NCBI GenBank assembly: GCA_020891255.1
Contig: BQFW01000009.1
Coordinates: 496,001 to 560,000 of the forward strand
Reading direction: 5' to 3'
Length of the DNA stretch: 64,000 nt
Source of the DNA: Entomortierella parvispora E1425
Lineage: Eukaryota > Fungi > Mortierellomycota
The position numbers and the translations under genes are program-made. Below are positions 25,886 through 37,885 of this stretch, in pieces (position 1 is the first letter of the stretch; every line of letters starts with the position of its first letter). The notes beneath the pieces were generated by a model that worked only from the letters and a program-made list of their open reading frames with translations, searched no databases and was not told where the DNA came from.

Positions 25886-27185
25886 TTACTTCTTCTTGTT
25901 AGCCTCCTCCTCCTCCTTGGCCTTGCGACGGGCCTCACGGATACCGTGAAGACGGGCAATGGAGCGGGCCTTGCGGTGCTGCTCGAAGGCGGAGTTGTTC
26001 TTCTCCTCCTCAGTGATCTTGCGAGCCTTCTCCTTGGCCCAAACCTGGGTGACGGGGAAAAGGGCACCGGTCAACTGAACGGCGGCGTTGACATCAGCAG
26101 CCTCGGCATCACCAGACTTGGCCTTGCCAGCCTTGCGGGGGAAGACAATCAACTTGGCCTTGTAAGCCTTGAGGCGCTGAACGTTCAGCTGGAGGGACTC
26201 CTCAGACTTGTTGCGGCGACGGTGGTCAACGGAGACACCGATGGAGAGAGCCTCCTTGCGGCGGATACCAGCAGCCTATAACATTATAATGAGAACAACA
26301 GAAATGTTTAGATGCCATGTTTCTTTCAACCTGATTTGGCTACACAGATTGCTGCGGTGAAGCGGCAATACCAAGATTTGCTTCAATGAAGTCTCCTTGA
26401 ATCCAATTAGTGTCTTTGCGACAAATGAGTTATCTTCTGTCTTTGTTTCCCGAATTGATTTGGTGTCGAGGTAAAGTCCAACAAAGACGGCTGATAGTAC
26501 ATCCAGTTGTCACAGACTACCGAGTACCTCCATTCGAAGTACTGCTCTCGTAAGGCTAGTGTAAAGTAAAATGCACCCATGAAATTTACCTTGAGCTCCT
26601 CGAGGGTGAAGCCACGACCAGCACGAAGCTTGGTGTTGTACTTGATGGTAGGGCAACGGACGGCGGGGCGGATCAAGCCATCGACGGGGCGAGGGGCGAT
26701 ACGGGCGGCCTTCTGGACACGCGCGATACGTCTGGACTTCTTGCGGCCAGGCTGGTCCAACCAGGTCTTGACACGCGACTGCCAGTCCTTGCGGAAGTGC
26801 TGTTGGAGAGGGTAAGAGACATGATAGATTAGTATCGTTGTTTCCTTGGTAATGCCAACATTTCCAGCCAATTTTTCAAAAGGTTTGGGCATTCGATAAA
26901 GACACAAGAAGAATCTAGCTATAAGACTAGACAGACGACTGTTGATATCCAAGGATTCTGCGTTTCTGAACAAATTATCTCTAAAGGGTTGCCCCTGTTC
27001 GCGAAAGATGTTCTTGCCTCCTTTACAGCTCTTCCGCAGGCAAGAATAGTTGCGGTCGATGTATATCAACAGTGACACTGTAATAGAAGTCGCTAGGTTC
27101 CTCTTTGTGCCTTTGTCGCTACTCCATGAACTCATGAATGGAAGAAAATACGCACCTCTCCGGGCAATTGGTTGTTGTGCTTCAT
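25886..27185 (-). CDS. RPL13: 60S ribosomal protein L13 (eL13); 3 exons
   Basis: [10 protein letters not shown]|[21 protein letters not shown]...[12 protein letters not shown]|...[26 protein letters not shown]. Confidence 0.97.
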
Positions 27186-27897
27186 GGTCTGTTGAAGGTA
27201 AAGAGTAGTCGGTAGTTGTAGGTATCCGAATATTCAGAATGAACGTCGATATAGTCGTTTGAAGTTTGTCAAATAGGAGAATATGAGAGAAAAAGAAAAC
27301 AGGAAGTTCATCGTCAGTATGGTTCCATGATTTAATCTATCCAGCGAGTACCAAGTTGTTCCGATGTCGCTTGGTTGGCAATCAGTCTTCCTGGTGATCT
27401 GTCGAATCAGAGTTCCGGCATGAATTGTCCATCCAGTCAGAGGTTCAATCTGACAGAGTCCCAATGTCCTAACCGAGATGATGGTCTCCTCCATGACCAA
27501 GTGATGATCCATTCATTCCTCCTGCATCTTAAGAGTGATGATATCCGTTTTTTTTCTCGAGACTATCAATAGATATAATCCTCCTCTTTGCGATGGTGAT
27601 GGTGATGTTCCGTTGCTATGGCGGTCGGTGTCCATTGATAGATGGATGAATGGTCGCCCATTTGGATGTGGCCCATCCACACGCAGTCCTGGATTATTAC
27701 CAAGAGATTCGGATCAGAGCAAAAGGAGGCTTGAAGGTTTCGCAGGCCCAGCAATCTTTGTACCGCAAACTCCAATCTCGATCACGTGACTCAGCTTTTT
27801 GGCATGAACTCTGTCAACTCACATCACAACCCTCGCACGGACATGCGACTTGATCAGACGGTATCAACCTCGAAATAAAGCACTAACAATCCTATCT

Positions 27898-27990
27898 AAC
27901 ACAACAAAACTCAACTCAACAAAACTCAACACAATACAACTCAACACAACTCAACTCAACACAACACAACACAACACAACAGAATACAAT
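27898..27990. repeat. Pentanucleotide microsatellite (AACAC/AACTC)n downstream of RPL27
   Basis: Directly visible degenerate 5-mer array. Confidence 0.9.
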
Positions 27991-28081
27991 GCAAGTTGTT
28001 CTTTTTTTTATCTGCAATTCTCAGAAATCTGGAACATGCATGTTTATTGAGAGTAGGCAACGGCTTAAACCGCGAGAACGC

Positions 28082-29562
28082 TTAGAAGCGGAGCTTGGAG
28101 AAGAACCACTTGTTCTTGCCGCTGTTGTATCTGTAAATCGGAGAAGGCAAAAGAGTGCAGCAAAAGTTGTTAGAAAACCCTGTTGAACCATGTGCGCTAT
28201 CCACAGATCCCAATGTAGAACATAGTTGTCCAAGGGTCTTACCTCTCCTCGAAGAGCTTCTTGATGGCCTTCTTGGACTCCTCACGCTGGGAGGGCTCCT
28301 TGAAGGAATCAAGGGTAACGACGGACTTCAAGGACTCCAAGTCCAAACCGTAACTAATTATCAAAAGTTACAAAGCATTGCGGGTCAGTCCTCAAGTTTG
28401 CACTTTCCTGTCTCTGCGCGCTAAAGGCTGTCACTCCCATCATCTCCCCAAGGCGATTCAAGACGGGTCTACCATCCGAGATTTTAAATTAAGGTATGCT
28501 TACCGGGTGGGCATCATGTGGTTGTAGTTGATAACCTTGATGAAAGGCTTGACCTTGGAACGCTTGGCGACGCGCTTCTTGCCCATGTTCTTGGTGATCT
28601 TGAGGGGGTAACGCTCGACACCAGCAACGATGGCGTGACCGTAACCGCGCTCCTTGGTTCCCTCATCGACATGTAATAGACGGGAAAAGGCAAAAAAAAA
28701 ACATAGCATTCACAGGTCATACGAATCTGGCACAAAATTCCCAAAGCGAGGGAAAGAAGTGTGAAATGGTAGCCACAAGGGCAAGAAATGTAAAAGAACA
28801 TCGAAAGTAATAAAAAAAACAGAAAAACAGAAAAACAAAATAGCGCCCAATTCCTGATATCCTGTTATGGTACAAGGCTGTCCTTGTTGTCGTAGTTGTC
28901 ACACGGGTGGTACGGTTGAGAAGGAAGTGATGTGGCGATGGTGTGAAAGATAACCGTAATGTCTGGTGAGTCGAGAGTTGTGGTTGGAGTAGATGTTCTA
29001 GTGGTGGAGGATGTTGAACGATTAAAAGTGAAGCGTGGCGCAGATGTTGGTGTTCTCCCTACTGTTGATGAATGACTACCATCTCCCGAACGAGAGATCT
29101 CTCCAGCATCAGATCAAGGTGATGATTCCAGCTTCCCTATACCTCCCACTTCTTCCTTTTACACATGGACAGATCCTGATCTCTGGTTCCACATGCATGT
29201 TGTGTTCCATGCGATCCAGTCTTCCAGATTCCTGATCCTGACTGAACTGACAAATAAAAAGGCACAGAAACGACTTTGCAAAAGGAACAAACTGAGTGTT
29301 GGTTTGCTATTTTTCACGACGACGGCCTTCTTGCCGGCGTAGCGGCCGCTGAGGACAACGACAACCTAATGATTCCGACAAATGGATGGCGATGATGTCA
29401 GCTCCATGAAGTTGATCTCTCTGACATGGTCTGTCCTCTGTACAGTTGATATCTAGTTCGCGCAGGGTGTTTGATGGCGAATAGAGCTGGCCATCGCGAT
29501 GGATGGATCGACAGCATCGATGGATCCAAACGTACTTTTCCTGATTTGTAAACCTTGGGCAT
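28082..29562 (-). CDS. RPL27: 60S ribosomal protein L27 (eL27); 5 exons, second intron AT-AC
   Basis: MPKVYKSGK|[18 protein letters not shown](N)[22 protein letters not shown]...NHMMPTR|YGLDLE...LFEER|[15 protein letters not shown]. Confidence 0.96.
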
Positions 29563-29804
29563 CTTCGGATACGATGTCTGGGGAGAAAGACTGAACAAAA
29601 TTCGAGTAGGCTTTCCTTTTGAGTACCGTTAATTTTTAAGGGGCGGATTGTCTCACACTTTCGGTGCTCTCTTCGCGTGGTTCGTCCGAGGCGCGTGCAA
29701 AGTGCATCATTCACTTACATTCATCTGTACCTCGCTCCCTCCATCTTTGTTTTGAGGATTTAAAAAAATCACTGTGTATATTGGGTACTAGGAAAACATG
29801 GAAT

Positions 29805-31630
29805 CTACTGGATCAGCTTTTGCACAGAACTGGCAGCCACTGCAAAAGCTCCCTTGAGCAACTCGGTCATCTGACCGAGCTGTCGTCTATTCTTCCATCC
29901 TGCAAGAACCATGCCCGCAGCTGTTCCAAGGCCAACGGTGGCTCCAGCCACGGACAACCAGAATCCCTGTGCATGGTGTCTGGCATATGCTTCCGAGTAA
30001 GGTCTGTTCGAGAAGGATACCATAGTATAGAGAGGGATGACCTTTGTGGGCACCAAAAGATGCAAGTAGGACTCAACCTTCTTGCGCCACAAGTAGGCGC
30101 GGCTCGTAACGCCGTGACGCATCTCTTCGTAGTTGTAAAGAGCCAACTCGCAAATCGCCTTGAGATCCTTGGCACGGCGGTTGGTGTAAGCTTCCAATGC
30201 CAATTCGAGGGATCGATCCGACTCACCGTTTTGAGTCGACTTCACGTTGTATTCCGAAAATAAAGAGTCCAAAATACGAACATCTTCGAATCCACAATTC
30301 ATGCCTTGGCCATAGAAGGGCACCATGCTGTGCGCAGCATCTCCGAGAATGATGCAACGATCTTTGTAATGGTAAGGGTTGGCCTAATGATGAAAAGAGT
30401 GAGGTTAGTTTTCAGCTATACTGACCAAGCCATAGCGGAAATCATTCCAATTGGATATTTACTCGGATCATAATGAGGGAGCCCTTGGGGTTCTTGAAAT
30501 ACTCCTTGATCAAAAGATCCTTGCCCATCAATTCAACAGCATCCGCAAAATATTCGTCAAAGAACCGGAGCAAGTCGATTTCGTTACGAATCATCTCGAA
30601 ATTAGCAAAAGGCATGAACAGGGTCACGGTGAACGACTTGTCCTATTGATACAAAGAAGGGGGTATGGCAACAATAAGTATTTCGTGACCACTGTCATGA
30701 ATGAGCTCGAGCCATTGAAATCGTCTAAAACTTACAGGGTTGGGCAAAGCGATCATCATGAACTTGTGTCGAGGCCAGATATGGAGGTGCTCAGGGTCCA
30801 TGGCGAACTCGGCTTCGCCGTTGGGTCCAATCTTGGCAGGGATACTAAGCTCGCAGTATCCGTGGGGGATGTATCCCTGCTCAAAGTCCATACGGACATA
30901 GCGCATCAATGAGTTGCGGACAGCAGAGTAAGCACCATCGCAGCCAATGATGAGGTCCGCCTCAGCATGGACAATCTCCTTGGTGACCTTGTTTTCGAGC
31001 GTCAAAGTTCCCTTGTCAAGGTCAGCACGCTTCAAGGCGACATTGAAAGAGAACTCAACGTTGCTCAGTTCTTCCGCAGCGGTGATCAGGTCCTCGTTGA
31101 GCTTGGCACGATCCACGGAGTTGATACACTAAGAGCATAAAATAGATTCTACGGGTCAACAGGTCGCCTAATATGAATACAACTCAAAGCTTGCATGTCA
31201 TAATAGGACCTTACCTCCCCATGGAGACCATAGTTTTGGCTAATCAAATGACCCTCTTGACCAATGTGAAGCATGCGACCGCGCATGGGCAACCCGGACT
31301 TCATGATCAATTCGTCCAATGCAAGACCTGTCCCCTTCAAGGCCGTCAAGCCACGAGTTGAGAGAGCCAAGTTGATAGATCGGTTCTGGATCTTGGCCTT
31401 ATTCTCGGGCAGTCTCATGTCTATGAGTGGTATTAAAGGAAAACTGGTGTTAAAGAGGCATGTGGGGTAAAGGCAGACAAGCAAGGCTGAGCGCAAAACG
31501 CTGCCGGACCTGGGCGGGTTTCATAAACGTGAACGTTCCAGCCGCGGTTAGCGAGGTAGACGGCCATCAATGCGCCAACGGGGCCAGCGCCAACAATGGC
31601 GACAGAGCGAGTCTTTGAGCCAGAAGTCAT
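29805..31630 (-). CDS. BNA4: Kynurenine 3-monooxygenase (FAD-dependent); multi-exon
   Basis: IVGAGPVGAL Rossmann motif, RSINLALSTRG, GCDGAYSAVR, LHIWPR, MVPFYGQGMNCGFED. Confidence 0.93.
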
Positions 31631-32204
31631 GTGGAATGGATTAAATGAGTAGTGGTGAGAATTGGGGAAGAGGGAAGATGATGATGGGGAAGAGAGATGC
31701 TGTCGAGGGAGGCGATCGACTGTGGGAACAAAAATGCGTCAACTCCTCTTAAAATGACCTTGACTCCTCTTAAGTGATTTGGTGGCGTTCCCGAGGCGCG
31801 TGTTGTGCTGAGTGGTTCGTTTTGCACAGCCATCTCTCCTCTTTGCAACCTGATCAAGAGGGGTGATGCTCGATATGCTCGTTGTTGATGTCAGGATCCA
31901 CTTCCGTTTCCTTCGCCTTGGCAGTGCAGTAGTGGTGATGGTCAACTGAAGAAAAATGCGGGGATTTCCTCGTTTTCATCATCCGCAATGTCCCTGGCTC
32001 TACATAAAAAGATCACTGTTTTCCGTCCAACGAATGAATGTTATTATTTTTGATTTTATTGAGCTAGATGGTTGGTATATGATGAACATGATGGTTGTGA
32101 GACGATAAGAACTGGGGAGGGGTGTCGTTTTTTTTTAAAAAAAAAGAAACTTGTCCTAAAAGTACAACTGAGAGCTTGCTTTTTTTTTTTTGCAATGCAA
32201 CTCT

Positions 32205-33794
32205 TTACTTCTGCTCAGCCTCACCACCCAAAGCGTTCTGAGTGTGGTGCTGGTAGGAGGCAGAAGCAAAGTCGTCTTCGTTCGACAACTCCTCCAAGGT
32301 CTTGCCCTTGGTCTCGGGGATCAGGAAGGTGACAATGAGACCAATGAGCATGAACAAGGCAAAGATTTGGAGCAACTGGGGGATGAAGGCGTTGGAACCA
32401 CCGCGATCCTTCAACTGAGAGAAACCAACCTGGGCAATGATGGCACCCAACTTGCCGGAACCGGCAGCGATACCGTGACCAGTCGAACGGTAACGGGTAG
32501 GGAAGACCTCACCAGGGATGATGAAGGTGGTCGAGTTGGGTCCAAAGTTCTGGAAGAACTGGGTGGCGGCAAAGAGGAAGACGAAGAGGGCAACAGAGTA
32601 GTCGCGGATCTGGTTATAAGCAAAGCCGAGGACACAGAAAAGGATACAGGACATGACGAAACCGAGAATCTGGATTTTGATGCGCCCCAAACGCTCAATG
32701 GTGAAGACAGTAACCCAGTAACCGGGGACGGCACCCAAGAGAACAATGATGATCTGGCCGACAGCGGCGTTCCAGCAAGTGGCCCAGTTATCGCCCTTAA
32801 CACCAGAGAACTTGATCGAGGACAAAATGAACGAGTTGTTCAAACCAATACCATAGAAGGCAACATCGAGAGCGAACCAGGCCATGGAGGTACCGAAAAG
32901 GATCTTGAAGTTTTGCCACTTGGAGAAGTAGGCGCAGAAGTCAGAGAAGGAGCCCTTGGCGATGGTGGGGTTGTGGACAACGACCTCGGAATCATCCTCG
33001 GACTGGAGGTGGTTGCGGTTCTCCTTGAAGACGGTGGCGACATCGCGCTCAGCCTTGTTGACGTTGTTCTCGATATCGAGGACATAGCGAGGGGTCTCAG
33101 GGATAGTCAAACGGAAGTAGACGGCAACGAGGGCGGGGATGCATCCGAAACCGATGAGGATACGCCAGACATAGTCCAAGTTCGCGGGGTTGGCAATGAT
33201 CGAGTCTTTGAAGGCGGACAAAAGGATAATGGCAACAATACCCGTGGTCAAGTAACCGAATCCCTGCATGGCAAAGACAGCGGCCATCATGGCACCGCGA
33301 CGGTTGGTGGTGGCGAACTCAGAGGTGATAACGGCAGACAAGGGGTAGTCACCACCGATACCAATACCGACAATGACACGCCAGACAATCAAGGCGGCGG
33401 GGAGAGACAAGGTGTGGCCGTTTCCAGAGAGAGCTTGACCGAGGGTGGCAACAATGATAATCATCAACTCAATACCGTACATGCGCTTACGACCGAGACG
33501 ATCAGCCAAGTAACCGAATCCAATTTGACCCAAGAAGGTACCGACAGAGGCAGAGACCTTGATACCAAGATCCAAATCAGCGGGGAGAGCACCGCCGTAG
33601 TAAATGATTCCCAACATGGGAGTGACCAAGTTAATGGCAAAGAGATCGTAGGCATCGGTGAAGAAACCGACACCGGCAACCAAACAGGCGCGGATGTGGA
33701 ACCAGCCGAACTCGGCGTTGTCAATCTTGCTGAGAGCTTCACGACGACGCTGGTTGAGCTCGTTGGTGTCCAACTTGGTGTTGTAAGTGGACAT
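32205..33794 (-). CDS. PHO84: High-affinity phosphate:H+ symporter (MFS, PHS family); intronless
   Basis: GVGFFTDAYDLFAI, GIGIGGDYPLSA, FRLTIPETPRY, LDVAFYG, QFFQNFGPNSTTFIIPGEVFPTRYRSTGHG, PETKGKTLEEL. Confidence 0.95.
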   Translation of the reverse strand: MSTYNTKLDTNELNQRRREALSKIDNAEFGWFHIRACLVAGVGFFTDAYDLFAINLVTPMLGIIYYGGALPADLDLGIKVSASVGTFLGQIGFGYLADRLGRKRMYGIELMIIIVATLGQALSGNGHTLSLPAALIVWRVIVGIGIGGDYPLSAVITSEFATTNRRGAMMAAVFAMQGFGYLTTGIVAIILLSAFKDSIIANPANLDYVWRILIGFGCIPALVAVYFRLTIPETPRYVLDIENNVNKAERDVATVFKENRNHLQSEDDSEVVVHNPTIAKGSFSDFCAYFSKWQNFKILFGTSMAWFALDVAFYGIGLNNSFILSSIKFSGVKGDNWATCWNAAVGQIIIVLLGAVPGYWVTVFTIERLGRIKIQILGFVMSCILFCVLGFAYNQIRDYSVALFVFLFAATQFFQNFGPNSTTFIIPGEVFPTRYRSTGHGIAAGSGKLGAIIAQVGFSQLKDRGGSNAFIPQLLQIFALFMLIGLIVTFLIPETKGKTLEELSNEDDFASASYQHHTQNALGGEAEQK

Positions 33795-34451
33795 GATGGG
33801 GGAGAGGGAGGGTGGAGGAATGGGAGTGTGAAGTGTTGATCGAAAGAGGATGAGGAAACAAAAAATGGGGGAGGCGCAAAGGTATTTATGGTAAATGGAT
33901 CAAAGGGTCGAGATGAGGGGTGCACGTTGAACCCAGGCGAAAGCCGCATTTGTGAGCCTTTCCTCGGTGTCGTTGGCGAGGCCTGCATGGGGGAAAGAGT
34001 GGGCGCGATTGCGTTTGTGGATGGTCCAAGCTAAAGGAGAGACAATAACCACTGCGAGGGTCGAATCGGTCGAGAGCGGAGGCCAAACAAACAGATTGAA
34101 TGAAAGAGAGCGATCAAATTGGGAGGATGGGCGATGTTCTCGCTGCATTTGTACGCAAGAAGAAAACTATTGGTCGCAAAGAGTGCCGAGGGAGCAAGGA
34201 TGGGCCAGCGGATCAGGAACGTGGACAGAGCGGCTCGTTCCCTCGATCTGCTGTGGGTGTGGGCGGGGAGAAATAGGGCACCACGAGGAACGGGCTCGAA
34301 GACCAGGGGAAAAAAAGAAGAGGCAGAATATGAAAATTACCAAGGATGGCCGGTTACACAGCCTGGGTGCGGCCTTTTCTGCATTCGGTCTCCTCCCCCG
34401 TCGCATTACCTGGCACTTGTTGTAGATGTTGGTCACTGAGCGAAGTGCCAG

Positions 34452-35472
34452 GAAGCTCTGAACCCAGCCCCTCTTTGCTCACTCCTTCACTTCAGAGGGG
34501 CTGGGCGCAAATCTCACCCTTTCCTATGGATGACCCAAAATAATTTTTTCGTCCAAAAAAGGAAAAAAAATTCTCTGATAAATAGTGTAATTTAAAAACT
34601 TTAAATAAATTCACTCTAATAATAATAAAATAGTGAGAGTAATGCCAGCCATGCAGCCATGCCATCGCTCGTCGCCCGGCTTGAATGGGGTTAATTTCTT
34701 CCATTTTTTCATTTTCAATGCCACCACTTTCTTTCATAAACCCCGCGTTCCGATCTTGCATTCAGCTCCTGCCACCTCTTCTTTATACCCTTCATCTGAT
34801 TAAATGACAAAGATGGCAAGCAAAAGACCAATCGAGCAGAGGTGAGGAGACGCGTCTCGGGTGTCCATGATGCTCAGAGTCGCCCACGCGTCCATCTGCT
34901 CTATTTTTCTTCATCTCTTCATATTTTCTGTTGTAGTCATGATGCTCTTAGCAAATCTGATCAAGATATCCCGGGAACGCCGAGAAGATCGCGTAGCACC
35001 AAGGTGAGTAGCTTGATGTGGTGCCTGGTGGCCTCTTCCTGGTGTGGCCTCTTCTAACTCTGTGATTTACAATAGGGTGAGGGACGATTTCGTCTTGATT
35101 CCCCAGGTGCTCCTCCGCGAACCCCGCAAACAACACAAACCCCACGAGCACCACGAGCACCACGAACTCCACGAACCCCGCGCACCTCACAAACCTTACA
35201 AACGCCAAGATTCATACAGTCACCAATTGTGGCCAACCAAGTATGAAAAAAATCGTTAAAAAATATGTGCTGCTCGCGTTTTCTTTTCTAACAGATGTAT
35301 CCACCTCCTCCCATTCATATCGATTAGGGAACTACCAATGGTTCTGGTGCTACCGATATGGCCCAACCTTTACCCTTTGTCATGGAGGCACAGGCTCTTT
35401 CTCCGACTTCTCAGGCTGCGTACATTGGAGGATCAACGCAATTCAACATTGGAAAAAATTCGACGCCACCCA
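34452..35472 (+). repeat. Left terminal inverted repeat of the AcademH-like element
   Basis: Near-exact reverse complement of 41026-42046; mirrored ORFs in the ORF track; diverged homology continues to ~35665. Confidence 0.95.
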
Positions 35473-37719
35473 TCACTGGAGAAGAACCGCCACGACTCAA
35501 TGTTGGAGAGAATTTGACGCGATCCAATGTTGGAGAAGAATCGCCGCGACCCAGCAATGCGTCGGAGGAGTTGACGTTCGATCCTTTCTGTGATAACACT
35601 GATGGAGAACCAATCATGACGTGGGGTTCTGATAACTATTATGTAAGAACCCCTTTGAGGAAAAAGTGGTCATCGATGCAGCCATCGTCATCAGCTCCTT
35701 CTTCACCCGCCAATTCTGTCGGCTCTCCGTTGCAGTCATTCTCGTCACCATCAAATGCGGTTCTTAGCCAACCTTTACCGTTTATACAAAAAAGCGATGA
35801 ACGCGAAGACGAGAGTGATGTCCAGGTAAGTCGAGTTTAATTATGAAATGGCGATGTTCTGGACTTGCATTAACTCTCACATTAAAATGCATATATGTCT
35901 GTAATCTTCATACTGCAGGATCCATTATGTAAAGAGGCTATTCAAGCTTGCCGAAAGCGTTTTCATCACTCACCAAAGGAGGAGCAGCTTCGTGTTGTCA
36001 AACATATATACAACAAGCAGGATTGCTTACTGCTTGCGCCCTGCGGGTGGGGAAAAACACTTGTATTTTCTCTGCCAATGGTGATGTGGAAGGACAAGAT
36101 TACGGTCGTCATTTCGCCGTTGATTGCCCTGATGCAGGATCAGATAAAGGTATGCCAGCATACAATATACCAGTCTAACAGGTATACTTTTTCTAACATA
36201 TCGCGCAATGCGACCCTGTGTTAATACTCTAGAAACTCAAAGAAAAGGATGTCACTTGTTTGCTACTCTCGACCTACAACGGCAATCGAGTTAACGACAG
36301 TGACATTAAATTAGTTAAGGAGGGACATTACAGAGCTGTGTTCATGTCGCCAGAAGTCATTTTCGGGAAAGGATCTACTGCATGCAAGGTTCAGGACCTT
36401 TGGAACAATAAGTATTGGAAAAGTCAACTATGCTCCATCGTCGTAGATGAAGTCCACTGTGTAGATAAATGGAAAGATTTTCGGCCGTATTATTCGCAAA
36501 TTGGATCATTGCGTGGTAAGGTACCTGGGGTGCCGATCGTAGGCCTGACTGCAACCCTCCCACCCGATTCGCTCCAGGAAATCAAGAATAGCGTCTTTCT
36601 CGCCTCGTCCACCGTTCATGTCATTCGTGTGGATGACATTCGTGATAACATCCAGCTCGAAGTTCATACCTTTTCACTAAGGAATCGAGTCAGACAACTG
36701 GCGAAGTTGCTGGACAATACAAAGACGATTGTCTATTTTGACAGCATCGCACTTCTCAGAGATGTACAGGACAAGTTAAGGCCATTGAGGCCTGATCTGC
36801 GAATGGACGCATTTTTCTCAACCCGCCTTAGTTCTTCCAAGGATAAAGTCCTGCTCAAGTTCATTAATAGCGAGATTGATGTCCTGTTGGCTACTGATGC
36901 CTGCGGCATGGGATGCGATATCTCAGATGTTATCACTGTGTTCCAATATGAGTAAGTTGAAACGTAACTAAGGTTGGACAATGCGGATGAAATGAGAGAC
37001 GATCTTACTTACTTCAAGATATTTTCAATGATATGAAGTCTGCCTCACGATTTGACGAGTCTTGTGCAGAGGTTCGGTCGAGCAGCGAGGGGTCCTGGAA
37101 CTAAAGGCTTTGGGATCCTCTTGGCGCCTCCAACTACCAGCAGGAAATACAACAAGAGACCTGACATCTTAAATTTCGTTGCCCCCCAATTGACAAGGAC
37201 AAGGACAAGGAAAAGGACAAGGAAAAGGACAAGGACAACAGTCGGAGGAAATGTCGGTGGCATGTGGTGGATGAATATCTAGGGAACAAAATATCCTCTC
37301 GTACCAAATGTTGTGATGTATGTCTCGGTGAGTCTTGTCGCCGCAAGACGACCGAACTTACTGGTCAAATTGGGCCCGAACTGACTATACCAAAGGGGAA
37401 GAGCGCGGACAAAGATCAGGATGTAGGGAGGAACAGGTTATTGGAGTGGAGGAAGAACGAGTGCAAAAAATGGACAGGAGAAGAAGTGTCCTTCGTGGAC
37501 TTCGAGCTTTGCGTTTTGCCCGATAAAGTACTCGCAAGGTTGTGCTACAAGCTCTTTGCGGCCACCACTACTGAAATGGTGAGGTTGATAGCTGACAGCT
37601 GTGATTTTGTGCCAGTGGATTGCGATCATTTTGAAATGATCGCTGAGGTTGTGGCGAAAGCCCTGGGCGAGATAGAAAGTACGAAAAATGATCAAAATTC
37701 CTTGGTAGTCGAAGAATAG
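35358..37719 (+). CDS. RecQ-like SF2 helicase of the AcademH-like element; 4 exons, one frameshift
   Basis: APCGWGKT (motif I), VISPLIALMQDQ, SPE, VVDEVHCV (motif II), GLTATL (III), ATDACGMGCD (V), QRFGRAAR (VI), and a Zn cluster KCRWH...KCCDVC. The frame break is in the C6 run at 37182-37187. Confidence 0.9.
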
Positions 37720-37885
37720 CCCATCAATTGACCGAGCCAAGATGACAAGGAGATGGAGTCACTGCTTGCATCTGATGACCCTGCACAACCAAACATTTAC
37801 AGCCGGCCGGGCCATTTAACATCGCACGAGCCCAGGTCCCATTCATTCATTCTTCTTTAGTTAGTATTATTATTGTCATAAAATA

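Noticed and set aside
32190-33839. 549-aa plus-strand ORF
   Set aside because: Antisense shadow of the codon-biased PHO84; no recognisable motifs.
35440-35560. 27-bp repeats and the microsatellites elsewhere as CRISPR-like arrays
   Set aside because: These are degenerate tandem coding repeats without unique spacers; there are no cas genes and the context is eukaryotic.
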